Below are positions 39,953 through 49,537 of a stretch of 64,000 nt of DNA, piece by piece. A program made the position numbers and the translations under genes. The notes under the pieces were generated by a model. The model did no database searches and was not told the DNA's origin. It saw only the letters and a program-made list of their open reading frames with translations. Numbering within the stretch: the first letter of the stretch is position 1; each line of letters opens with the position of its first letter. This DNA is from Schmidtea polychroa (lineage: Eukaryota). The stretch lies in the NCBI GenBank assembly GCA_044892525.1, contig CM097888.1:62868001-62932000 (forward strand), given 5' to 3'.

Positions 39953-40025
39953 AAACCACAGTTAAGATTTGAACCGCTATCCATTTGAACCACTGTGCCG
40001 GTCTAGCCCACTGCACTATCTGGTT
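39953..40025 (-). ncRNA. tRNA-like Pol III cassette T3' (left-TIR mirror of T3)
   Basis: TAGTGCAGTGG A box, GGTTCAAATCT B box, followed by a T run. Confidence 0.55.
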
Positions 40026-40123
40026 TTGGATTTTTGTCATTTTTTAGACTGTCACATTATGAAAATAAATATAAAAACATAAAAAATCAAAACAGGATAT
40101 CCAATAAAAAATTTTTTCTAAAA

Positions 40124-43100
40124 ATGAATTGTAATATTTGTAATAAAGTTTTTAAAAATAAAACTGGATTAATTTCTCACTTAAAATCGAAAGCTCATTT
40201 ATTAAAAGAAAACAATCTTAATGATACAAATTCAAAAGTTTGTCCTAAATGTAAAGGAAGATTTCTACATTCTGGATATAATAAACATTTTGAAAATTGT
40301 ATCGGGAAAAATAGAGAAATATTTACATGTCCTCATTGTAACTTTTCAACAAAAGTAAATTTCTATTATTTAGAACATATAAAAGAATGTAAAAATAAAA
40401 AACAAAATTCTGACGATGAGGAATGTCATTCAGAAGGAGAACCTGATTATGTTGAAAGAGAAAAATATAACTGGGATGATTTTAATCATGTAGATGAATT
40501 TCAATTAAAAATTAATGGACCTGCAACTCCTGGAGAATATATAAATAAAAATAAAAAAAATATTAAAAATTCTTTCACTGAAGCTTTAAAAAATTATAAA
40601 CCGACAAGGTATAATGTTATAAAATATAAAATTATAATCAAAGCAAAATACTGGCGAGGAGCAGAAGAAAAGACAACACCTTTAGATGTTGAAATTGGAA
40701 TACCCTTTAAATATTTATTTTCAACTAAAGGATTTGATAAAACCATCAAAGAAATAATTCAAGCAGTAGAAGCAAAACAAGAAGAGGTTGAAAATGAATT
40801 AGGAGATTCAAACTTAGTATTCAACTCTTTCCAAACTTTAGTGATTGATTATTGGAGAGGATTACCACCTAATCCTAAATCTTATATTCCTACACCCTTT
40901 AAATCTAAAAATGTTATAAACATACAGAATAATGATAACAAATGTTTCGTCTGGTCAATACTTGCACATTTACACCCTCAAGAATCAAACCCTCAAAGAG
41001 TTTCAAAATACAAACAATATGAAAATGAATTAATATTTCCCAAAGGATTCAAACATCCAATGAAACTAGAAGACATTCCAAAATTTGAAAGTTTAAATAA
41101 TCTTAAAATTAATATTTATGAACGTGTTAAAGGGAAACATGTTAATAGCAGAGAAATTATTCCAATTTATATTTCAGATTATGAAGTTAGAGATAACGAA
41201 CCCCAGGATAACACTAGGGAGATATATCTTTTAATCTTGGAACAACAAAATAATCAACATTATGTTTTAATAAAAAACTTTCAAGCTTTTACATCACCAG
41301 AGAATCCAACTAGTGGAGGAGGAACATGTAAAAGATGTCTTCATTATTCAACAACTAAAAACTCTATGATTAAACATACAAGATTTTGTGAAAAAGATGA
41401 TCCAGCTTTAATTAAAATGCCTAATAATCCCAAGATGTATTTTAAAAACTTTTCAAATTTACTACAAACAGTAGGAGTGCTTTATGGGGACTTTGAATCT
41501 ATAAATCGTAAACAAGATTTGGTTAAACAATATTTAAAAATAATAGAAAAAAATAAACTCATGGATTCCTGGAACTCCTCAGGAGAGAAGATGAAACCAG
41601 AGAGGATGAAAGCCTTTCTAAGAAAAAGGAATAAACCTAATAGTGTTAAAAAAACTAAACAATTACCATCTGCTTATAAATTATTATTTAAAAGTAATTA
41701 TCCTGAACTCATAGAATCTAGAGAATATACATTTCGAGGAATTTCAGAAACAGAAGTCTTGAATCATTTTACTAAAAGTATAAATGATCTAGAACATGAA
41801 ATATTTAAAGTATTAAAAACAAACTATCCTCAAAATATTTCTAATCAACAACAACAAGAATATGAAAACACTTCCAACTGTTGGATGTGTAAACAACCAT
41901 TTGAAGAGTCTCCGAATATAAAATTCCTCGATCATGATCATTTAAAAAAGGAAAATAATTATCGAGGAGCAGCTCATAAAAATTGTAATCTTAATTGTCA
42001 TACTCCTAAATTTGTACCTGTTATATTTCATAATCTTTTTGGTTATGACATACATCTATTTATTAAACATTTAGCAGCAAATGCTAAAAACTCTTTCAAA
42101 GTTATAGGACTTACAAAGGAAAAATATAAATCAGTTGAATATGGAAAATTAAAATTTATAGACTCGTTAAACTTTCTCCAAATGTCTCTAGATGGAATAG
42201 CTAAAACAATGAAACCAGAAGATTTTAAAATCACTCGAGAATTCTTGGAAAAAAATAATATTCCTCTAGAAGAATATTCTACATGCTTAGCAAAAGGAAT
42301 ATATCCTTATGACTATGTTGACTCGTTTGAAAGATATAATGAAACAAGTCTTCCTAGCCAAGAAGATTTCTCTTCACAACTTCAAAAATATCATATTACA
42401 AATCAAGAATATTCTCGAGCAAATAAAATTTGGGAATTATTCAAGTGTAAAACTTTAGGAGAATATACAAGTATGTATTTATCCTTGGATGTTTATATTC
42501 TAGCAGATTGCTTTGAAGAATTTACAAAATCTTTTGTTCTTAAACCTTACAATTATATAACAGCACCCTCTTTAGCTTGGGATACTTTATTATATACCAT
42601 TTGGACTTCAAATATAGAAGAAGCTGATAAAATTATAGATCTTTTAACTAACCTCGATATGTTTAATCTAATTAAAACAAACATTAGAGGAGGAGTCTCT
42701 TCAGTAATGGGGAATAGAGAAATAAAAGCTAGAAATGCAATAACTACTAGCAGAATGCTTTCAAAGACCTCTGATCCATATATAAAAATTAACAATGAGG
42801 AATTAAAAGAAATATTAGAAACAATGAAAAATCCTATATTTATACTTTATATAGATGCAACAGCTTTATATTCAGGAATTATGACTCAATATTTACCAAT
42901 GGGTGATTTCATTGAAATAGAATCATCAAAAGAACTTATAAAAGAAATACTTTCAACACCTAAAGATTCTCCAATAGGTTACTTTGTAGAATGTGACTTA
43001 TTATATCCAGATGATATAAAATCAGGAACAAGATATTTCCCATTAGCTCCTGTAAGAAGAAAGATTGATATCAACGAACTTTCTGAATGGCAAATCTCAC

Positions 43101-44350
43101 AAGATAAACCCCCAACAATGAAACTTCTTTGTGATCAAACAGATCGAAGGTTTTATCTTTGTCACTATAGACTCCTCCAATTTTATCTTTCACGAGGTAT
43201 GATATTAAAAAAAGTTCATAGTGTTATAAGATTTAAACAGAGGCCATTCATGAAAGCTTTTATCGAGGAGAACATTAGATGTCGAAACATTGCAAAAAGA
43301 GAAGGTAACCTTTTTAAAGATAATAATTATAAACTTTTAAACAATTCAGTCTTTGGGAAGACAATGGAGAATGTTGATAAATATACTCATATTGAACTCC
43401 TAACTAAGCCTACATTTAAAAACGCACAAGTATTTTCTGAAAGTCTTACTGCAATAGAACTGAAGAGTTTTGAGAAAACATACAACAAACCAATATTTAT
43501 AGGGTTTTCAATTTTAGAACTTTCAAAATTACAAATGTATGAAACATATTATAACATCTTACAACCTATATATGGTTCTAATATATTAATGCATGCAATG
43601 GATACAGATTCAAATCCTATACTTTCAAATTTAATAAATTCAACTGGAGAATTATTTTCATTTAAAGATGAAAAACCTTTTACTCCTATAGAAAATGGAA
43701 TATTTATTCGTGCTAAACAATATTCATACGAAACATTTAAAAACCCTGAATTTATAACCCGAGAAATTATATTTAAAACCACAGAAAAAGAGGAAATTAT
43801 TTCATTTAAATATCCTATATTCCCTAAAGGACCAGAGGGACAAGAAGAAAAACCTGTAAAGGATAACAGATGTAAAGGAATACAGAAATCCGTTGCAAAG
43901 AATCTTTCTCATCAAGATTATATAGATACATTGAATCCAAATCATAAAGATAAAATTGATGAAATACACCAACTTAAAAGTGAAAACCATGATATTTACT
44001 TGATAGAATCTCAAAAAGTATCATTATCAAATTATGATGATAAGAGATTCATCCTAAGTGATTTAAAGACAACTCTTCCTATAGGAAATAATTTAATACC
44101 GATAATAAAAAATCTAGAAAAGTTGAATAAGTTATATGATACAAAAATTACTGATCTTGATATTTATAATGTTGAAATTATTTATCCCGAGAGAGAAATC
44201 GAGAAGCCTTTATATTCTCAAGTTTTTAATCCTATATGTTTAGAACTTAAATATTTTAATACTGATCCTGAATATATAAAAGGTCTAAGTGATAAAGAAT
44301 TTAAAGATCATAAATTAATGATTCAAAGGTTGGCTTTCAACAATATTTAA
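40124..44350 (+). CDS. polB: Protein-primed family B DNA polymerase with N-terminal Zn fingers (about 1408 aa from ATG 40124)
   Basis: YGDFES (ExoI), DHDH..YRGAAHKNCNL, FHNLFGYD (ExoII), KGIYPYDY, YIDATALYS (A), KLLNNSVFGK (B), DTDS (C), CKGI, DDKRF. Confidence 0.97.
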   Translation: MNCNICNKVFKNKTGLISHLKSKAHLLKENNLNDTNSKVCPKCKGRFLHSGYNKHFENCIGKNREIFTCPHCNFSTKVNFYYLEHIKECKNKKQNSDDEECHSEGEPDYVEREKYNWDDFNHVDEFQLKINGPATPGEYINKNKKNIKNSFTEALKNYKPTRYNVIKYKIIIKAKYWRGAEEKTTPLDVEIGIPFKYLFSTKGFDKTIKEIIQAVEAKQEEVENELGDSNLVFNSFQTLVIDYWRGLPPNPKSYIPTPFKSKNVINIQNNDNKCFVWSILAHLHPQESNPQRVSKYKQYENELIFPKGFKHPMKLEDIPKFESLNNLKINIYERVKGKHVNSREIIPIYISDYEVRDNEPQDNTREIYLLILEQQNNQHYVLIKNFQAFTSPENPTSGGGTCKRCLHYSTTKNSMIKHTRFCEKDDPALIKMPNNPKMYFKNFSNLLQTVGVLYGDFESINRKQDLVKQYLKIIEKNKLMDSWNSSGEKMKPERMKAFLRKRNKPNSVKKTKQLPSAYKLLFKSNYPELIESREYTFRGISETEVLNHFTKSINDLEHEIFKVLKTNYPQNISNQQQQEYENTSNCWMCKQPFEESPNIKFLDHDHLKKENNYRGAAHKNCNLNCHTPKFVPVIFHNLFGYDIHLFIKHLAANAKNSFKVIGLTKEKYKSVEYGKLKFIDSLNFLQMSLDGIAKTMKPEDFKITREFLEKNNIPLEEYSTCLAKGIYPYDYVDSFERYNETSLPSQEDFSSQLQKYHITNQEYSRANKIWELFKCKTLGEYTSMYLSLDVYILADCFEEFTKSFVLKPYNYITAPSLAWDTLLYTIWTSNIEEADKIIDLLTNLDMFNLIKTNIRGGVSSVMGNREIKARNAITTSRMLSKTSDPYIKINNEELKEILETMKNPIFILYIDATALYSGIMTQYLPMGDFIEIESSKELIKEILSTPKDSPIGYFVECDLLYPDDIKSGTRYFPLAPVRRKIDINELSEWQISQDKPPTMKLLCDQTDRRFYLCHYRLLQFYLSRGMILKKVHSVIRFKQRPFMKAFIEENIRCRNIAKREGNLFKDNNYKLLNNSVFGKTMENVDKYTHIELLTKPTFKNAQVFSESLTAIELKSFEKTYNKPIFIGFSILELSKLQMYETYYNILQPIYGSNILMHAMDTDSNPILSNLINSTGELFSFKDEKPFTPIENGIFIRAKQYSYETFKNPEFITREIIFKTTEKEEIISFKYPIFPKGPEGQEEKPVKDNRCKGIQKSVAKNLSHQDYIDTLNPNHKDKIDEIHQLKSENHDIYLIESQKVSLSNYDDKRFILSDLKTTLPIGNNLIPIIKNLEKLNKLYDTKITDLDIYNVEIIYPEREIEKPLYSQVFNPICLELKYFNTDPEYIKGLSDKEFKDHKLMIQRLAFNNI

Positions 44351-44428
44351 TTTTTTAATAATAAAATGTCGACAATTAATTTAAGCAACTATAGCAACCT
44401 GATCTACTTTTTTAAAAATACACCCATT

Positions 44429-45025
44429 TTATAAATAAGAATTCTTTAACCATTTCTCCCGTTTAATTTTTTTAGAATATTCATTAGTTATAACATTAGT
44501 ACTTTTTAATCTATTAATATTATTTTTAATATCTTGTATTATTTGATTTGATTTCATTATTTCATCATCAGTTAAGATTCCATCTTCCAAAGCTTTTAAT
44601 TGAAATAAAAATAATTTAGAGATTCCTAATTCTATTGATAAACAAACTTCACGATATAAACTTTTCTTTTTAGAAGTATAAGATAGTGAAACTATTTCAG
44701 TTAGGAAACCATCAGCTACTGAAATACTTCCAAGTATTACAGGTGCAATTGTTAAAACTGGTAAAGTTATAGGTAAAATAACTGTTAATATTGCAGATGC
44801 AAATCCTAAAGAATAACCTATAACTTTTAAAACTGTATTCCCTTTATTCCATCTATTTTTAATTTTTTTATAATGCTTTAATAAATCTTGTAAATGTAAG
44901 GTTTCTGATTTAAATTCTTTTACTCTCATAATTTCAAGTTCTGTGGGAGCTGAAGGTCCCGAAGGTTTGGGGGAATAATATCTTGATGACAATTCTGGGT
45001 AAATTTTTTCTTTTACTTCTTCCAT
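44429..45025 (-). CDS. Polinton membrane-associated protein with YPEL and PSAP motifs, 198 aa
   Basis: Intact ORF; N-terminal IYPEL and PSAP; hydrophobic stretch VIGYSLGFASAILTVILPITLPVLTIAPVILG; flanking helical regions. Confidence 0.8.
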   Translation of the reverse strand: MEEVKEKIYPELSSRYYSPKPSGPSAPTELEIMRVKEFKSETLHLQDLLKHYKKIKNRWNKGNTVLKVIGYSLGFASAILTVILPITLPVLTIAPVILGSISVADGFLTEIVSLSYTSKKKSLYREVCLSIELGISKLFLFQLKALEDGILTDDEIMKSNQIIQDIKNNINRLKSTNVITNEYSKKIKREKWLKNSYL

Positions 45026-45033
45026 TTTAATAA

Positions 45034-46011
45034 TTAAAAAAATAAGATTTTATTATCTGGTACCAATACTCGGATATCATAAGAGACTCTTGTTGAGAGA
45101 ATGTCTTTATACAATTCCATCAATGCTTTACGAACTTCATCAACATCAACCTTTTTTTCATAAAATATTAAATCTATATATTGTACAAGTGTGCTTTTAA
45201 AAATAATATTCTTACTTTTAACTTTATGTAGTCCATGTGAATGAGTATTAACATACCAATCTCAGTGTGGTAAATCATAACTAGTCATTATAACATCACC
45301 CTTTTCAAGCTTACTATTATAATCACATTTCACAAACCATTTCATTCTTTCACCATCATCATCAAATAAAAAGAAATAAGGATCAATAATCTTTACAACC
45401 ATAAAAACACTCCATTCTTTACTATTTGTTGTTATTAAAGTTGGTTCTATAAAATGTTTATATGTATGGGGTAATAATGTTTTATTCTGTTCTAATTCAG
45501 CAGCTCTTTTTCTAATACTATGTGTGGTGTTAATGTGTGTTCCATGAGACTCTAAATTTGAAATTCTTTTATTAAATGATGTAATCATCTCATTTATTAT
45601 TTTATATATTGTATTAAATTTAGTATTCATAATTTGTTTATCTTTAGAATTTAATATGCTAGTATTTAACTTTACAACTTGTTCAGTTAACAGACTTTGT
45701 AACTTGTCAAATTTATCATTAAATCGTTGTTCGATATTATTAAGCTTTGATTCCATTGAATCCATTTTTGTTGTTAATGAACTTTCAATTCTTGTTGTTG
45801 TTAAATCAGTATAATTTTTATTAGCAGCATCACCTTCATCAATTGGTAAAGATAAATCTTTTATCTTGTGTCCATTTAAATTTAAATCTCCTTTCATTGA
45901 ATCACCTCTTTCATTAATATATTTATTTTCTGTTAAAGTTAATATTTCTTCTGTATTAAACCCTGTTTTTATTGTTCCACCACCTCTATTACAAGGAATA
46001 TAAGAACTCAT
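45034..46011 (-). CDS. Fibre-like protein (249 aa to TGA 45262-45264; frame stays open 75 more codons to TAA 45034-45036)
   Basis: GDSMKGDLNLNGHKIKDLSLPIDEGDAANKNYTD (phage fibre-type repeat) followed by heptad coiled coil; extension checked codon by codon. Confidence 0.65.
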
Positions 46012-46035
46012 TTATTAATAATTTAAAATGAATCT

Positions 46036-46806
46036 TCAAACCTGTTTCAGATGTAAATACATTGAAATCTCTTCTCCATTAAAATCAATCAATTCTCCTT
46101 CTTGGTTAAGAATTTTAAAATTAATATCCATTATATATTTTCTACATAAAGGCAAATAATTTGGAGGATTCATTCTTTCAACTATTTTATATCCCATAGG
46201 AACTGTGTTTGAGGGAAAGGAATATAAAACATTTGTTTGTTTACCATTATTATAAGAACCTGTTATACAATCGCAATGAATATTTATTGTGTTTGTATTT
46301 ATTATTTTTATAATATTTTCTGATGTTATATTCTCAACTATAGGTGTGATATAATGGTTTCGTGTAAATCCTAAAATTGTTCTAAAGAAACTATTATTTT
46401 GAAAATGAATTCCTATATTCTCTAAAGTCATTATACATTTTGAAGTTGGTAAATCCATTTTAATTTTAATGGCTCCATTTGTTTTTTTAGAAAGTATATT
46501 ATTTAAATCTTTTATCTCATAAGCTCCAGGTTCGATTGTTATTATAATCTTATCTGTAGATTTTGGGCTTATATAATAAAATATGTTATTATCTTTAGTT
46601 ATATTAAAAATAGTATTATAAGCACAAAACCATAATAGACCTAATTCATAATTTAAATCTTGATCTAATTTTATTGAATCTTGAAAGTTTATAGTAAAGT
46701 CTGATTCTTTTGAATTTATAGATAAAGTTCTTGAATATTTATCTGACATTATGTTTACCATTTTTTTAAAATTATCTTCCAGAAGGTTGCGAAACTCCAT
46801 TTTCAT
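46036..46806 (-). CDS. Minor capsid protein (penton, single jelly roll)
   Basis: YELGLLWF..YNTIFNI...NN.FYY, IEPGAYEIKDLN, INIHCDCITGSY.NG...VLYSF, YLPL...I...I.NQEG..IDFNGE pattern typical of Polinton pentons. Confidence 0.9.
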   Translation of the reverse strand: MKMEFRNLLEDNFKKMVNIMSDKYSRTLSINSKESDFTINFQDSIKLDQDLNYELGLLWFCAYNTIFNITKDNNIFYYISPKSTDKIIITIEPGAYEIKDLNNILSKKTNGAIKIKMDLPTSKCIMTLENIGIHFQNNSFFRTILGFTRNHYITPIVENITSENIIKIINTNTINIHCDCITGSYNNGKQTNVLYSFPSNTVPMGYKIVERMNPPNYLPLCRKYIMDINFKILNQEGELIDFNGEEISMYLHLKQV

Positions 46807-47296
46807 AATAGAGATTTTAAATCATTATAAATTTCTTGGATTAAGGAAGTGAAACCTTCTCCTTTGGACAGAGTCCCTTGAGATTTATTCAATCTATACA
46901 AAACATATAAGCTTAAAATACCACATATTTTAGTATTATTAGGTTGAACTTGTAAAGAATTAAAAGTATAGTCTCTCTTCGAGCTTACTCCGGACAGATA
47001 GTCTTCAACTTCTTTAGTGGGTTTAATCCCAAAGAATCAAAGTATATAGATTTATTATATATACAAACCCAATGAGATCCTTTTTCATTTGAATTTTGAT
47101 AATTTATAATAATATTCAGGGGACTTCGTTTCTTTTGAGTGTCTTCTTTCAGAATATCTTTCAGACTTGATAATTCATCATTCATTAATATTTTTATTTT
47201 TAAATTTAAATAATTTGCATAATCTTTTAAATCAAAATTTGTTTTTGCATTTATTCCAAATGTTTTTAAAAAATCTAATATTGAAGGACTAGTCAT
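46803..47296 (-). pseudogene. Adenain-type maturation cysteine protease with a 1-bp frameshift near 47030
   Basis: GSHWVC and YFDS in ORF 46985-47296; the shifted frame continues GIKPTKEVEDYL...QVQPNNTKICG to a TGA at 46803-46805 that overlaps the penton ATG. Confidence 0.92.
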
Positions 47297-48145
47297 TTTA
47301 TATATTTATTAAATTTATCTTTTGAAATTATTCCATGTTTTAATAATTCTTTAGAAATCTTTAAAATATCAGAATCTAAATTATTATGACCTGCTTTTTT
47401 AGCTGCTAATAGTTTTCTTAATTCAATAAAAAGGTTGATTGGGTTTGGTTTAACCCTTATACCATCACCTTCTTTAACAACATAACTCTTTTCATTTCTA
47501 TCTAAATATTTCTTTAAATCTTGAATGTGTTTTGCTTTTGAACTAGCTTTTATTGATCTTATAAAATTTAAATATTTTTTAATTTCTTCAACATCATCTG
47601 AAGGATATCCACAAAGTAATCTATAAAAATCATCTGTAAATTCAAAGTCTAAATATTCATTATTATAAACATTTTGTGAATGAATATGTGATTTATTTTC
47701 TGGAGTTGTATATAAAGTAAAGTTTTGTTTATTGATTGTTATTATTGAATATCCTTCAGAATTAATATGAAATGTGGGTTTAATTGAATCACTTAAACCT
47801 TCTCTAATTTTAGGATTAACTTTAAGAGGTTTTGTTTTTAAAAACATTTCTTCTTCTTCCACATTAGAGGTTCTTCTACGTTTTCTTTGATTTCTTTCAG
47901 AATGACTTTCAGGATGATTTTCAGTGGATTCTTTCTCCCACTCCAATTCTTTTATTTTTTGTTTTTTATCTTTTTTTTGCTTGCTCATTTAATCCTTTTA
48001 TAGCTTTAATTGTTGGTCCTTGTTGTTTTTGGATTAGCTCATTTAATATTATAGATTCAGCATGTTGAGTTGTATCTTTTTTATTATACTTGTTTTGTTC
48101 TGATTGTAATTTTTTTAAAAGTGCTAATCTTTCTTCATATACCAT
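47293..48145 (-). pseudogene. Conserved Polinton structural-module protein (PZ-type; label tentative) with a frameshift in an A8 run at 47971-47978
   Basis: A 59-codon ORF from ATG 48145 (MVYEERLALL...QQGPTIKAIKGL) joins ORF 47293-47988 if one A is removed; C-terminal LRKLLAAKKAGHNN..I..ELLKHGII motif. Confidence 0.65.
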
Positions 48146-48167
48146 TTTAATGGTATCAAAAATGGTA

Positions 48168-48701
48168 TCATGGTTCCTTCCAAGGTTTTACATATAATCC
48201 TTTACCATTTTTAGTTTTACAAAGGCATCCATTCTTTAAAGATTTATACATTTTTTTTAAATCATCTTTATCTTTTGAAGATAAAGATTCAGATGTTGAA
48301 ATTTGATTTTTTAAAAAATCATTTAAACCTCTGCCTTTATATGGATCAAGATAGAGACCTTTTCCTTTAGCTTGCCCTACCTTCATTTTCTCGATTTCAG
48401 TTTGTAGTTTTTCTTTTTCTAGGTCTGTCTTTTGAGATTCTTTAGCTTTTTGAACTGTAGTTGCAATTCCTCCAGCTATTCCAGCAGCACCTGATAAACC
48501 AGCAATGATTGCAGGTATTAAAGCAGCTAATGGAAGAATGCCGCCTTCTTTAGTAGAAGAGCCCTTCAGCTTCGCTCTAACTTGTTCTTTTACATGTTTT
48601 CCAATAAAATATTTCTTACCGTCAATTACTACTGATTTATTTTTATTTGATTTTATTAATTCTTGCAAAGATTCTTCAGTAGAGGAACTCTTCGAGGTCA
48701 T
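48168..48701 (-). CDS. Adenovirus pX/mu-like core or membrane-active protein, 177 aa
   Basis: EGGILPLAALIPAIIAGLSGAAGIAGGIA resembles the adenovirus pX C-terminus GGILPLLIPLIAAAIGAVPGIA; repeated G[KR]GL motifs. Confidence 0.8.
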   Translation of the reverse strand: MTSKSSSTEESLQELIKSNKNKSVVIDGKKYFIGKHVKEQVRAKLKGSSTKEGGILPLAALIPAIIAGLSGAAGIAGGIATTVQKAKESQKTDLEKEKLQTEIEKMKVGQAKGKGLYLDPYKGRGLNDFLKNQISTSESLSSKDKDDLKKMYKSLKNGCLCKTKNGKGLYVKPWKEP

Positions 48702-48716
48702 TTTATAATAAATAAA

Positions 48717-49526
48717 ATGGATGTACGAAGTCCAATAATTTGGAAACCAATTTTAAATAGACATAAATCTAAATTTAATAATAAAGTATTTCCTGATAAT
48801 TTTAGATTATTAATTGTTGGATCTTCTGGATGTGGAAAGAATGTACTTGTTTTGAAAATGTTACTTGAAGATGGTTTTTTAGATTATAATAATTTAATCT
48901 TTTACTCTACAACTATAAATCAACCAGAATTACAACTTTTGAAATGTGGATTTGAAAATAAATTAACTAAAAAAGCAATAATTGATATTTTTAAAAATCA
49001 ACATAGATGTCCTGAAGAAGTTTTTCAACCTTGTGATATGGTTGATTGGTATAAGGAAAAGATTTTAGAATCAGATATTAGTAATAAAAATGATTATATT
49101 TGTGAAGATCAGGGGCAGGAGGCAATTCAAGTTTTATTCTCTAATAAACCTGAAGATGTTTTACATTGTGATTTACTTCCTAAAGATAAAAAGATTCTAG
49201 TTATATTTGATGATGTTGTTAATATGAAAAATCAAGAGATTCAAAAGAGTTACTTTACAAGAGGAAGACATAATAATTGTAATGTTATTTATATATCTCA
49301 AACTTATTATGCTTTAGATAAAAACTCTATAAGAAATAATTCTAATTGTTTTATATTTTTTAAATTAGATCGCCGTGATAAGAATATGATTTATAATGAT
49401 TTATTTTCAAATGTTGAACCTGATAAGAATATGTTTGATATGTTTGTTGATAATCATTGGAGAGAAAAATATAATTATATTTATTTGGATAGAGAAGAAG
49501 CTGAAATATGGAAAAGTTTATTTTAG
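48717..49526 (+). CDS. A32/FtsK-HerA-type packaging ATPase
   Basis: Walker A GSSGCGKN (N instead of T/S), Walker B LVIFDD, RGRHNNCNVIYISQ and IRNN motifs. Confidence 0.93.
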   Translation: MDVRSPIIWKPILNRHKSKFNNKVFPDNFRLLIVGSSGCGKNVLVLKMLLEDGFLDYNNLIFYSTTINQPELQLLKCGFENKLTKKAIIDIFKNQHRCPEEVFQPCDMVDWYKEKILESDISNKNDYICEDQGQEAIQVLFSNKPEDVLHCDLLPKDKKILVIFDDVVNMKNQEIQKSYFTRGRHNNCNVIYISQTYYALDKNSIRNNSNCFIFFKLDRRDKNMIYNDLFSNVEPDKNMFDMFVDNHWREKYNYIYLDREEAEIWKSLF

Positions 49527-49537
49527 AGCTTGTCGAC

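Larger units (their letters stand above)
39129..40040 (+). repeat. Polinton left TIR (about 912 bp)
   Basis: Reverse complement of 52970-53811, with few substitutions, a 51-bp insertion at 39357-39407 and a length difference in an AATAA tract. Confidence 0.97.

Noticed and set aside
45495-45525. Furin site in the fibre-like protein (SIRKR)
   Set aside because: Lacks the P4 arginine of R-X-K/R-R.
47971-47978. Programmed -1 frameshift at the A8 run
   Set aside because: The downstream ORF is in the +1 frame; the -1 frame stops within seven codons.
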